Assembly (NCBI GenBank): GCA_028534125.1
Contig: CM052816.1
Span: forward strand, 39,062,001-39,126,000
Origin: Lama glama
Taxonomy: Eukaryota
Length of the DNA: 64,000 nt
Direction: 5' to 3'
Part shown: piece by piece, positions 48,981 to 61,871 of the stretch
Position numbering within the stretch: position 1 is the stretch's first letter
How the letters are laid out: every line of letters begins with the position of its first letter
The notes under the pieces: generated by a model
What the model was told of the DNA's origin: nothing
Databases searched by the model: none
What the model saw: only the letters and a program-made list of their open reading frames with translations
Made by a program: the position numbers and the translations under genes

Positions 48981-51953
48981 TTTCCTGACATGATTCCTCA
49001 AAGAAAAAATTAGAATTTGAGTTTACTAAGCACAGGCAATGCTAATTAGGGATAAGGATTTTTGCTTGTTGATTCTTCCAAGACCCTATTAAGTAAACAT
49101 ATATAGTAGAACGTTCCATTGAAATGTTCAAGAGATATGAAATGAACTACCACAGATAAAATATGCAAAGATGCCTGTGTTTATTCTATTTTGCCTCTTC
49201 AGCTGTCAGAATTTTCATATTCCAGATCACCTGTATTCTGTTTTGGTGGCTAGAGTCAGAAGTTCAATTAAATTCATTTAAGAAGAAAATGAAATGTGCT
49301 GACACATATAGCTGATAGTCCTCATGGGTAGTGCTGGTTTAGGACTGACTGTCCAGGACATATTTTTCTTTCTCTATCTCTTGTCTCTGCTTTCCTCTAT
49401 ATTGGGTTCAGTCAGGCTTTCTGTATGTGGCATCAGTTCTGACCCTGGAAACACCAGAGTTACATCATCTTTAGAGCTTCAGTCTCAGAGGGAGAGATCC
49501 TTTCATCCACAGTTTATATTAATTGTCAGAAAAGAACTGATTGGCTCTGCTTGGGTCAAGAGTCTGCTCTTGGACTAATTGTTAATTCCAGAGACATGTG
49601 GTGCTTGGTTGGCCAACCTGGGCTGCTTGTGATTGATATATTTTTAGAATCACATCAAATAGGTGAAAAGCAATTCCCAAAGAAAAAGGCAATTCAGTTA
49701 CCAAAAAAGAAAAAGCAATCTGTGTCACTGGTAAGTCATGATTGCTTGAGATTACAATATCTTCAGGTCCCTTCAAGATACTTCATGGCAATGGCAATCA
49801 TAATAAACTTTGCTGAACCCGGGTTTCTTATTTCCCCAGAGAGCAAGATACTGAAGATGAATCGTAGAGACTCGGTGCAGTATTTACCATCTCCATTCAA
49901 AGGTCAACATAACGTGTTTTTATTACTTATGATGGGTCCTAAATTGCTTCTGGTGATGTATGAAAGTAAGCCACTTAACTTAAAATTAAAATATTATAAC
50001 TCTTTGTAGCACATGAAACATGCCAAGTGACATGTGTGAGCTCACCCCTCTTCTTTTCTCGTCTCATTTGTCACTGTTGGTTTAGACTCACTTATATTCC
50101 AATCATGGAAAAGTATTAGAAATTGTCCCCAGACGTGCTCTCCTTTTATACACTGGCATGCTTCTGTATGTGTTGCTCTCTTTCCTGCCTGTTACTTTTG
50201 ATTCTGAGGAAATCTACCCAGTCCATAGCCCTTACAGCCTTCCCTTGCCCTAACTCCTATTCCTATTCTGTCCCCCAACGCTCCAGCAATAGCTTTTTAG
50301 GCCAGGAAGGATGCATGTCTCGGTACAGAAACCTCTGTATGGGAGAGGTATCAATGTTATCCTTAAATTACATTTGAGGAAAAAGGCATTGAAACATTAC
50401 ATGGAGCTGGTGTATGATGGAATTAAGATTCAGGTTGATTAATGTCCAAAACCTAGTTTTTAAATCACTCAATTATATTAACTCTTATTCCAGGATGCTT
50501 ATTAAATGAATGGATTAATGATTATTGAGAATCAGCCCTAATATTATGCCATGACTGAATGAAAAAATGAGTTAAAATTTAAAAGAAACAAAAAACAAAA
50601 TGATTTCGCTCAAAAAGGAGGCAGAGAAGGCAGCCCTTTCACATTTCATTAGTGTAATGTCTTGGTCAAAGGCTTTAGAGTAACATGAGGATGCTTTTGT
50701 AGAGCAAGATGTATGTTTCTGGGAAAATTTTTTGATCTATCTGAATCCTAGCATTTGATTGAAACACACACACGTCACCTTTCCAGTATGTCCTGTTAAT
50801 TCAATATATATATTTAATATTTAATTTTTTCCTTGAGGCAGGAGTCATATGTATGTTAACCTACATGCATTTATTTTTTTCTTTCACAAAATGTCACTTG
50901 TGTTTGTCTTTTGACATTTTAAGAGTAAAGTCTTCTCACAGTGCTACTGAATCGGTGTCTGCTTTGGTTAGAAATTCAGCTGTGCTTAGTGAGGTGTGAC
51001 ACACAGCTGTCTGAAAACTGGCAGTATGTGGTTACTTTTGCCTCAGCAGCACCAACTTTCCAATCAAACACTTGAAATGGATTGGATAATAGTTAAAATT
51101 CTCATGAGCGAAAGTAAAGAAGTGATGATGGTTCACGCAAAAAGCAAAATAGAACAAAATCCGTGTAACCCTTAAAAGCAATCATACAGTCTCTGCAGGA
51201 GCAGAATTCTTGTCCAAAAGTTAATAACCTTTGGACTCCAAATAGCAGAACTGTCACCATATACAATATCCAGGAAAACCTCTTCCCATGCTCATTTAAT
51301 AGTTATCTTTATGAAACTCCAGATTTAATTTCCTCATTTAAAAGATCATTATTCATCCCAGTTTGTTGACTTCTCCCTAGATAATGCTGGATGTTCCTGT
51401 TTTTGTCTGAACTTTGCAGATTACCTGATGAATCTTTCACTGTCATTTCAAATATGTTATTCACTACTAAGAGCTTCATTACCTTTCCTTTATTCTTTAA
51501 ATAAATCACTCTCTATTTTTGCCTCTTCACATTATATTGATATGTGAGATAAATTGCAAATAAGTAGTCACAGAAGAATAATTTTATTTAGGTACTTTTT
51601 TCATCATTTTCATTAAATACTTACTGTCTGGTTTTGAGATTCATGCTTCTAAACTCTGAGTTTGTTAAAACACCTCAACATTTAAGTTATCTTCAATCTG
51701 TTCACTTCACATAAGACAAGATGTGAGAGAGACCCATGGAAAATTGTCTCCCAATATTCAGAGCTCTTTTTCCACTAAGTTCTCCAATGAACCCCCCATT
51801 TGGCTAATTCACCCCACTGCAAGTATGTGCTAGTCCTGGCTGTCTGCACTATACTCACACGTATATTTCTACTTCAGTGCACTCACACTCCTCTCCCCGT
51901 AGCACCACAGGTTTGTCCAGGGAACCACAGCAGCAGGTGATAACTCCAAGAGT

Positions 51954-52392
51954 TGTATTAAAGGTTGAATTTTATCCTCCCCACCACCAAATTCATATGT
52001 TGAGGTCCTAACCCCCGGTACCTCAGAATATTACCTTATTGGAAATAGAGCTGTGGCAGTGGTAATTAATTAAGATGAGGTCCTACTGCAGTAGGGTTGG
52101 CCTCTAATCCAGTGACTGGAGCCCTTGTATATAAACATGGGAAATTTGGACACAAACATACACAAATGGAGAACACATGTGAAAATGAACACAGATTGGG
52201 TGAGGCTTGTGATTATGAACAAACAACTAGAAGTGAAGGGAGAGCCAGGGGCTAACTTCTCCTACGGCCTCAGAGGGAACCCACTCTGCTGACATCTTGA
52301 TCTCAGAGTTCGAGTCTCCAGAACTGTGAGACAATACGTTTCTGTTGCTTAAGTCACCCAGCTTGTTACAGTAGCCCTTGAAAACGAATAGA
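51954..52392 (+). mobile_element. MLT1B/C-type MaLR LTR
   Basis: aaattcatatgttgaggtcctaaccccggtacctcagaat..taagatgaggtc..ctccagaactgtgagacaata..ttctgttgcttaagtcacccag. Confidence 0.85.
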
Positions 52393-53155
52393 GAGACACA
52401 CACACTTTTGGAAGACCTGATCCTAATGCACACTGACACTTGATGGGACTCTTAAAAGCCATTCTGCAACCTGAGCTCATATCAACCCCCCTGACTTACA
52501 GTGTTACCATTTGTCAAATCCCCCAAACTCAGCAGAGTCTGTACCTACAACCCAACAGAAAGAAAGAAATATCACTAATCTCAAATGGCATTTTAATGCT
52601 AGAATTTTCATGCTAAAGCAATTCCTCAGATGTGAACTATTAATTTTATTGATATGTCTCTCCTGAACTCCTGACCAAGTTTCCTTTACTCTCAGCTCTT
52701 GTAAAACTCAATCTGTGACAGTTCTGCCCACAGTCTTCCTTCCCTGCCTTTGGTCTGGTGGACTGTTTCTAAACCTTGCCTTAGTCATAACGTCCTCCCT
52801 GTTTTTATAGGGACGGAGATAGCCCCTAGTGATCCGCACATGAAGAAAACCATGCACAGCAGGGAACTGACAAGGTGGTTTTCTCTTCACAACAGAACAG
52901 TGATTACTAGTACCTGGGTTCATGTGTGCCATACCCTGTGTGTCCAACTTAAATAACTTGAATGAGAAGTTCCTTGCCACTAGAATATCAACGACAGAAT
53001 CTTACATATACTGAGTTCCAACTTTTTGTGTTATGTACTGCATGAGGCACTTTGCCTGTAGATTTCTAGTTGATCCTAATAATGACCACCGTTGTCACCA
53101 TTTACTGAGTACCTACAGTGTGTTTGCACTGAAGTAGGTTTTAATACATTTAATT

Positions 53156-55440
53156 TTTTTTTATTTTCATTAAAGGTTATTACAAGATATTGAATATAGT
53201 TCCCTGTGCTATACAGAACAAATTTGTTTTTTATATATTTTTTATATAGTGGTTAACATTTGCAAATCTCAAATTCCCAAATTTAGACCTTCCCACCCGT
53301 TTTCCCCCAGTAACCATAAGATTGTTTACTATGTCTGAGAGTCTGCTTCTGTTTTGTAGATGAGTTCATAGTGTCCTCTTTTTCTTTTCTTTTTTTTTTT
53401 TTTTAAGATTCCACATATGCGTGATATCATATGATATTTTTCTTTTTCTTTCTGGCTTGTTTCGCTTAGATTGACGATCTCCAGGTCCGTCCATGTTACT
53501 GCATATGGCATTATTTTATTTTTTTTAAATCATGGAGTAGTATTCCATTGTATAAATATACCACAACTATTTAGGTTGCTTCCGTGTCTAGGATTGTAAA
53601 TAGTGCTGCTATGAGCATTGGGGTGCACGTATCTTTTCGAATTAGAGTTCCCTCCTGATATATGCCCAGGAGTGGGATTACTGGATCATATAGTTAGTCT
53701 AATTTTAGTCTTTTGAGGAATCTCCATACTGTTTTCCATAATGGTTGCACCGAACTACATTCCCACCAGCAGTGTAAGTGGGTTCCCTTTTCTCCACATC
53801 CCCTCCAGAATTTATCATTTGTGGACTTCTGAATGATGGCCATTCTGACTGGTATGAGGTGATACCTCATTGTAATTCTGATTTGCATTTCTCTCATAAT
53901 TAGTGATATTGAGCATTTTTTCATATGCCTGTTGGCCATTTATATGTCTTCATTGGAGAATTGCTTGTTCAGGTCTTCTGCCCATTTTTCAATTGGGTTG
54001 TTTGTTTGTTTGTTTGTTTGTTATTAAGTTGTATAAGCTGTTTACATATTCTGGAAATTAAACCTCTGTTAGTCACATCATTTGCAAATATTTTCTCCCA
54101 TTCCGTAGGTTGTTGTTTTGTTTTGCTTATGGTTTCCTTTGCTGTGCTAAAGCTTGTAAGTTTAATTCAGTCCCATATGTTTATTTTTGCTTTTACTTCT
54201 GTTGCCTGGGTAGGCTGCCCTAGGAGAACATTGCTGAGATTTATGTCAGAGAATGTTTTGCTTATGTTTTCTTCTAGGAGGTTTATAGTGTCTTGTCTTA
54301 TATTTATGTCTTTGATCCATTTTGAGTTTATTTTTGTGTACAGTGTGAGGGAGTGTTCTAACTTTTTGATTTACATGCTACTGTCCAGTTTTCCCAACAC
54401 CACTTGTTGAAGGGACTGTCTTTTCTCCATTGTATATTCTTGCCTCCTTTGTTGAAGATTAATTGACCAAAAGTCTGTGGGCTTATTTCTGGGCTCTCTA
54501 TTCTGTTCCATTGATCCATATGTCTGTTTTTATCCCAGTACCATGCTGTTTTGATTACTGTAGCTCTGTAGTATTGTCTGAAGTCTGGGAGGATTATTCC
54601 TCCAGCTTTGTTCTTTTTCTTCAATATTGCTTTGGCAATTCTGGATCTTTTGTGATTCCAAATAAATTTTAAGATTATTTGTTCTAGTTCTGTGAAAAAT
54701 GTCATGGGAATTAGATAGGGATTGCATTAAATCTGTAGATTGTCTTGGGCATTTTGGCCATTTAAAAAATATTGACTCTTCCAATCCAAGAGCATAGGAT
54801 ATCTTTCCGTTTATTTAAGTCATCTTTAATTTCCTTAATCAATATATAAGTTTTTCACCAACTTGGCCAGATTTATTTAAAAGGGATTGTTTCTTTACTT
54901 TCTTTTTCTGATATTTTACTGTTAGTATAAAGAAATGCATCTGATTTCTGTATGTTAATCTTGTATCCTGCTACCTTGCCAAATTCTTTTATCAGCTCTA
55001 GTAGTTTTTGTATGGAGCTTTTAGGGTTTTCTATATGTAGTATCATGTCACCCACATTTAGTGACAATTTTACCTCTTCTCTTCCAATTTGGATCCCTTA
55101 TATTTATTTTTCTTGCCTGATTGCTGTGGCTACGACTTCCAAAACTATGTTGAATAGAAGTGGTAAGAGTGGACAACCTTGTCTTGTCCCAGATTTTAAA
55201 GGGAAGGCTTTCAGTTTTTTACTGTTGAATATTATGCTGGCTGTCGGTTTGTCATAAATAGCTTTTATTATGTTGAGATGTGTTCCTTCTATACCCACTT
55301 TGGTAAGAGTTTTTATCAAAAATGGGTGTTGAATTTTATCAGATGCTTTTTCTGCATCTATTAGATGATCATGTGATTTTTGTCCTTTTGTTGATGTGGT
55401 GTATTACATTGATTGATTTGTGTATGTTGAACCATCCTTG
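53156..55440 (-). mobile_element. 5'-truncated L1 (~2.3 kb; degenerate RT domain to 3' UTR) inserted in a MIR
   Basis: TSD ttaatacatttaatt / ttaatacacttaatt (53141-53155, 55441-55455); ORF2 fragments [53 protein letters not shown]; frameshifted, with the FADD-type motif decayed to VGD. Confidence 0.95.
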
Positions 55441-57792
55441 TTAATACACTTAATTCTAATTCATAGCCAGTGCAAGTCAGTCAGTCATATTTTCGATAAG
55501 GAAACAGGTTCAGAGATGTTAAATATTTACAGTGGCAAAGCGGGAATTTTGACTGACAAGATTAATAATCTGACAATTTAGAACAAAGTAATAAACATGA
55601 AAACATGACCCTCTCCCCTCAAAAAAAGAAATTTAATGGGCAATAGAAGTCTCTACTTAATTGTCTATGGTTAAAGAGATTTATTGCCCTATTGGACACG
55701 CTAGTGACCAACAGTATCTCAAATCTGAAAGTAACAGAATAATGAGCATGATTCTCTCTATGTATAATGTGCTGAGCTAATAATGAGCCTGTTTCCCCTC
55801 TTCAGTTTCAGAATGTCTTATTTGTTCCCTCACTCTTCTCCCCAAGATGGACATGGTCATGGTCTGTCAGGAAGAGACAGAATGTTTAGGAAGTACTTCT
55901 CAATATGTGGCTCATACCATTATTGTACTTTTTTTTTTTTCATTATCTTTGACAAGTGAGTCTTTACTGGAACTCTGAGAGCTGATTTCTACCAAAAAAA
56001 ATTTGCAATAGCCTGTAGAATTACTGTTGAAATGCAACAGACTATGGCTAAAGCTACTGACTTTGAGACTGTGGAAAGTGGAGTTTCCCAAAGCTCATAA
56101 GGCTGATATTACTTGCGGTAAGATGATTTCCCCAGGGATGCTGTTTTGCTGTGGAATACCCTAGATTTATGGCACAGTTCCAGGCAAGGTTCTTGGATTC
56201 TTCCTACAGACACCCTCTTATAAATTCATGAATCAACGCAGATTCAGAAATTAATGGAAACACAAACCTGAAGATGACAGTTGACAGCTTGTCTTTTACT
56301 GTCATGCAGAAAAAAATAAATTACTCTCAGTGGGAACTTCGTTTCATTTACTGCTCAAATATTCAATTCTAAGGGTTCATGACACTTTAAATGGATTTTT
56401 TCTGAAGTAGTCCATAAAAAATGTATTGGGAGATTGTTAAGAAAAATTAATGAATATGAGCAAATATAAATATAAGTAAAATAATCATTTCTCATTTGAA
56501 AAAAAAAATGACAAGGAGCCAATCCACTCCTTTTCTTGTGAGCAAAAGAGAAAAAAAAACTTGCAAGATTTGCAATAACATTGATTCAGGGATTCATGTC
56601 TCCCAAAGACACTAAATGCACCTTTTCTTATTTTTGCTCTTGAGATAATGGAACAAATGTGATTTAAAAACAAGAACTAGAAAAGAGAAATGCTGATTTG
56701 TGTTCATGTTTTCCTTTCTGACAGCTTCTTCCTTTATCAGCAGAGAGGAAGAGTGAAAGATTTTAGCAAGTAGAAAAACTGTAAGTTCTAAAAATTATTA
56801 TCAAAAGGTAATACTAGAAAACAGATACAATTAAGCCAAATGACATAATACTCCTTCTGGTATAAGTTTCTGTGAATTAAATAAATATTAAATGAAATAC
56901 ACAATATTAGACATTTAGAACAAATAATCTTTGAGATCATTAGAAATTTCCTTTATTTTCACTTAACATTAATTTTTCCTTCCTAATTTTTTTCTGGTAT
57001 GCAGTTTTAAAGCAAAATTTTGTATGTATGTATTTATTTGTATTTACTGTATGTATAAGAGGTATAAAAGATAGTGTCTAAAAAATGTGGGTTTTAGAGA
57101 CAACTTCAGTGTGAATCCTGGCTTTGCCAGTTAGTAAGTTTGTGACCTTGATCGAATGATGCTACATCTTTTTGTCCAAATATTTTCATGTATAAAATGA
57201 TTCGTAGTAGCAACTGCTTCATGATGTTGTTCTAAGTATAAAATGAGCTGATATGGCAGCCTAAACCTGGCCCGTGAGCACTTCAAGGAGTGTGGACAGT
57301 TTTAAAGGAACCACTTTCCAGATCCTGAATTCAGCAATACTTTGCCCAAGAACTTGTGGCTGGAGAAGGGGTCATGTTAGAACTGTCATTCCTGTTTTCT
57401 GTTCTCTTTTCACAACTCTTCCTTAACACATTCCAAAATAAGTATACCTCTTACCCATCCAGGATATTACTTTGCTGCTTTCACTTAGTGTATAAATCCT
57501 CCAGTACCAAATAAAGTGACTATATAAAATAGTGTTGTTAGTGTTCAGACAGTGAGTGACACTAAGGAGTGAAATTATGTTTTTTTGAAAGTCTGGTGAT
57601 TTCTAGTTCTTTGCTTTCAGCAAAATTGATGAAAGACCTAGTTGAGTTTTCAGCTGATAGATCATTAGAAATAATTAAGAATGATAGGAACAGAGGATTC
57701 TTCCTTCTGCCTCTGTGAACAAGCTTCTTAGCTTGTTATGTGTCCCTGGTCACAATTTTAAAAAATATTTTAAATCAATAGACATTATTTGC

Positions 57793-57796
<4 letters not shown>

Positions 57797-57847
<51 letters not shown>
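57797..57847. repeat. (TG)n microsatellite, ~25 units
   Basis: Read directly from the sequence. Confidence 0.95.
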
Positions 57848-57848
<1 letters not shown>

Positions 57849-57919
57849 TTTTTCAGAATATAAAGATTCCAAGGGGTTTTTTGGAAAACACAAATGTATC
57901 TCTATTGAGTTGGGGGTAG

Positions 57920-58112
57920 TAGATATCAAATTGCTTTATGACCTAGCCTCAGAAGTCAGAAGGCATCACTCTGTCATAGCCACAGCACATCCATATTCAA
58001 GGGGAAGATACATACATCCCAACTCTTTATGGAGAGCTGTAAATATCACATTGTGATAGAGCTTGTTGGGTAGTGTATATTTTTGCAATCATCATTTTGC
58101 AAAATACAAAAT
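57920..58112 (-). mobile_element. MLT1 (F/G/H-like) LTR fragment
   Basis: tttatgacctagcctcagaagtca..catcact..attcaagggga..tttgcaaaatacaa. Confidence 0.6.
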
Positions 58113-58738
58113 ACCTCATATTATGAAGGGGAAAATTCTACAATTTTAAAGTTACAAGCATGCTTTGTTGTTGTTGTTGTTGTTGTTATTCTTTAAATAG
58201 AGAAACTTGAATTTACCTTTGAGGTCAGCTACCTCGTTTGTTTTAGGGAAGAAACCTGAACAGTTTAATAGGGTTTTTCCTATGGTGAGCCAATATCTCA
58301 TTTTGAAGTGAAGGAATATGATATAGTGAGGAGTGAAAATACTCTGCATTATAAATCAGTTTTTCCTACTTAGAAATGGAACCACATCTTTGAAGTTTGT
58401 TTCCTTTCAGAATGAAAACCTCCCCATTTTCTCCTTTTCTGGAGTCCTTGGGAAGTCCTGGTTAAACTCTGGGCAGGACCGTCACGCTGAAGGACACTTA
58501 TGTCAGGAGCTGAATCTAATGTGGCAGGAGGCTGGGGAGAGGTGTCCACCAGCAGTTGCATTGGGATGGATTGAACAGGGGATGCTAAGTAGTGGTTATA
58601 CGTATGTCCAGTTTTGAGTTCTTTGAAAATTCTGTCTTCTGATATCCCAAAGACATCAGTAAAATTTTGGTTTATGTTACATTACATTGGGTTTCTTTTT
58701 TTTTTTTTCCTTTGTGGAATTAAGGAATGGGTTTGTGT

Positions 58739-58847
58739 TAGGATGAACAACTTGTCCCAATTTGCTCAGGTTTCCTGATTTAATACTGAAGTCCTGTGTC
58801 CTAGGAAACCCCTCAGATCCAGGCAAATAGGGTGGTTGGTCCCTCCA
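58739..58847. mobile_element. MER81-like hAT-Blackjack MITE
   Basis: taggatgaacaacttgtccc..actgaagtcc..ggaaacccctcagatccaggcaaa..ggttggtcc. Confidence 0.7.
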
Positions 58848-59330
58848 GTTGGAGTCTACACTTGAAATTACTTGTTGAGAGTGAAAGGTAACAGCTTGGA
58901 GAAAGCTAGTTTCAGGCTAGTTAGTGACAACAGTCTGAAGAGTTGTGCCATGTTTTCTTTATTTGAATCAGGTAGCAATTCAGGTATCTAGCAAATGTTA
59001 AGAAAAACTATCCAAATCTTACAACTAGGTAGAAGAGGTTACAAGGTATCTTTTCACTGTCATGCTAAGTATTGTCTAGCTGGTCCACAGAGGTGTTATA
59101 TGATTCTCTAGAAGTGACTATCTTTGTTTGACTAGCTATTTAATAATGGTTAGGATATTTCATATCACTATAGAAATTGTTACTAACTTGTAGAAGCTGA
59201 TGCACATGATTATTTTCTGATAGCAGTACAAATGAATTTTGTTCAAGAGATGAAATGATTTCTGTCCTGTAAAAAGATGAACCCCAGAAGTTGCAGTTTT
59301 ATTGCCCTGCAAGATATTGACTAGTTTTGT

Positions 59331-59734
59331 ATGTATGTATGTATGTATGTATGTATGTATGTATTTATTTATTTATTTATATTGAAGTATAGTTGATTTA
59401 TAATGTGTTAGTTGCTGGTGTGATTCAGTTATACAAATATATATTCTTTTCTATTATAGGTTATTACAAATATCAAATATAGTTTCTTGTGCTATGCAGT
59501 TGGACCTTGTTGTTTATCTATTTTGTATATAGTAGTTTATATCTGCTAATCCCAAACTCCTAATTTATATCCTTCTCCCCCTTTGGTAGCCGTAAGTTTG
59601 TTTTCTATGTCTGTGAATCTGTTTCTGTTTTGGTTTATTTGTATCATTTTTTTAGATTCCACATGTAAGTGATAATCATATGATGTTTGTCTTTCTCTGA
59701 CTTCACTTAGTATGATCATCTCCAGGTTCATCCA
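59331..59734 (-). mobile_element. 5'-truncated L1 3' end with microsatellite tail
   Basis: 11-bp TSD actagttttgt (59320-59330, 59735-59745); tail is (ATGT)n(ATTT)n; ORF NLEMIILSEV. Confidence 0.9.
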
Positions 59735-60119
59735 ACTAGTTTTGTGTTTAAATTAGCATTCTTAATTTAGTATCTTTTCTTTAAGCCACTATAAATCCTC
59801 TGATTTTTTCCAATTCTTTTTGAACCGGTCTCACCATCTTGCTGGTTCCCTCATTAACGAGGTAAATAAATATTTGACATTGCTGACTTTATTTGGGTAA
59901 GTGATCATTTTACCTTTTTGAAATCATACTTTGACATTAGAAATTTGTAGGGTGTATTAATATTCCTTAGAAACATCCTAGAAATTCATGGAGGGAGTGA
60001 AGTCTGAGTTTTCTACATTCTCTCTCTGCATTATAACACTCATGAGCTATGAATATGATGAAGAGACTGGGTGTTCCTACAGTGAAGAAGTCTTTCTGTT
60101 CCTCCTTCAGCTTCCCTGC

Positions 60120-60732
60120 TGATGCAGGAAAAACAGGCGTGAAGAGGGCCCTGTCCCAGGCTTCGGTTGAGCTCCTGGGATGTGCCCCGCCAAGTGTGGG
60201 TCCTTGGCTTCGTGCAGAAAAGAATTCAAGAGTAAAGGTATATTTATTGAGAGAGATACATTGAAAGGCAAGAGAAAGGCCATGAGGTGTGGGGGTTGAG
60301 TGTTCAGACTAAAGGTAGGTACACACTCCATAGACAGAGTGCGGGCCATCTCAGAAGAGGGAGAGAGGGGGGGCAGCAGCAGCTGTGAGGCACCCTGTTG
60401 CCAGTTTTTATGGGCTCAGTGGCTTCATATGCTAATGAGAGGAAGGACCAGTCTAAGTAGCCTGGGGAAGGGGCTGGGATTCCCAGGAACTTGGTCGTTT
60501 CCCGCTCAGACCTTTTGTGGCTAGCCTTGGGATGGCCATGGTGCCTGTGGGCATGTTATTCACCATGTTAATGTATTACAATGGACGTATAATGAAGCTC
60601 AAGATCTGCTGGAAGTCAAATCTCCCACCATCTTGAGCCTCAAGGCCTACTGGGGGTTGAATCTTTCACCATTTTGATGTTAATTGCTGTAGTATTCCTT
60701 GAATGGCTGTGCCCTGCCCCCTTGCTGTCTCA
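60120..60732 (-). mobile_element. MER41-like ERV1 solo LTR
   Basis: TGA..TCA termini; ctgc/ttgc near-TSD; MER41-like block gccatggtgcc..catgttaatgtattacaatggacgtataatga..ccaccatcttg; tttatt (reverse polyA signal) at ~60243. Confidence 0.75.
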
Positions 60733-61057
60733 TTGCCAGTCCCCTGGGCCTTCTTCCTTCTCCCCTGTCTGCAGAGTCCTCTTAGCCAATGGATTCTATG
60801 AATGTGGTAGAGTGAGGCTGGCACAGGTTCTTCAGAGCATTCAAACTATAACTTCTACAAGTCAAATCTTTCTCTTCCCAAGGTGGACCACTTCTTAATG
60901 CTTAATGATGTACCACATTGTGATCCCCTAAGAGTCTCTGTTGCTTTCCCCAGTCTCACTGAAGATGCCTTTTTAGGAGAAAGTTGGAGATGGAATCAGA
61001 ATCAGAATCAAACTATACATACACACATACATGTATATGTGCATATGGTATAACACA

Positions 61058-61500
61058 CGCTGTCAGGGCTCTCAGAGGAAAACAGAAACCAGAGACCACT
61101 CTACAACTTTTGTAAGAAGTTAATACCACGAATCGGTTAAATAGGTGTTGGAAAGACAGAAAAACAAACAGGGGACACTGAGGCACTCCAGAGATTAGCA
61201 ACAGCAAGGAGCTGCTCCAGCCTGGAGGGAGACAAGGAGAATGCAGTGTTTGAAGCTCAGGGGTGGTGTTAAATGGAAGAAATGGAATCCATGGGGAAGA
61301 AGCAGCTGTTGGCAGAGAAACTGCTAAGGCAGAGAGAGGAGAGAAATATCATGGTTTCTTCCTTCTTCCCACCTTCCTACCAGCCACATCAAAAGAGAGC
61401 AGTGGATTGCAAAGCCTGGGAAGAGCAGCTTGCAGGACCAGCCCTCTGGGGAGGGGGAGAGTGAGAGGAAATGCATTGTTTAATGGGAAAGGTCAGTAAA
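61058..61500 (-). mobile_element. Old ERVL-type LTR fragment, related to 25191-25563
   Basis: gtcagggctc..ggaaaacagaaacca..gttaaataggtgttggaaagac..actccagagattagcaacagc. Confidence 0.45.
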
Positions 61501-61814
61501 TGTTAAATTTCTGTTCCTTCCAGTTTTCAGTTTCATCAGCCTTCAGGTTCTTTATCTGACTACTAGGAGATGTAATGAAAAGTGCTTTTATAATATATTC
61601 TAAGACCTTGAATCAGGTCAAAAACTTACTAAGAATACAAAGATCTGTCCTGATCTGAATTTCTTGAAAATAACCTGTATTTGAGGACAGTCAACTTGGT
61701 CAAACTAATTAAACACTCACACTCTCTCAGATCCTGCATTTAGTTCAGTGCTTTTTTTTTTTTTTTAGTAACTCTCTATTTGCTTGGCCTCCCAAAGATC
61801 TTCTTTCTCTTTTT

Positions 61815-61871
61815 ATGACTCATCCCTGAATCCCGCAGAAAAAGAGGCCTTTTACCATTGGGTCCACGCCC
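61815..61871. promoter_or_regulatory. AP-1 (ATGACTCAT), CCAAT (ATTGG) and KLF/SP (CCACGCCC) motif cluster
   Basis: Matches at 61815-61823, 61857-61861 and 61864-61871 in apparently non-repeat DNA. Confidence 0.4.

Noticed and set aside
53925..54410. 161-aa hydrophobic plus-strand ORF resembling a membrane protein
   Set aside because: Antisense of A-rich L1 ORF2; the same artefact appears at 14254-14589 and 54952-55257.
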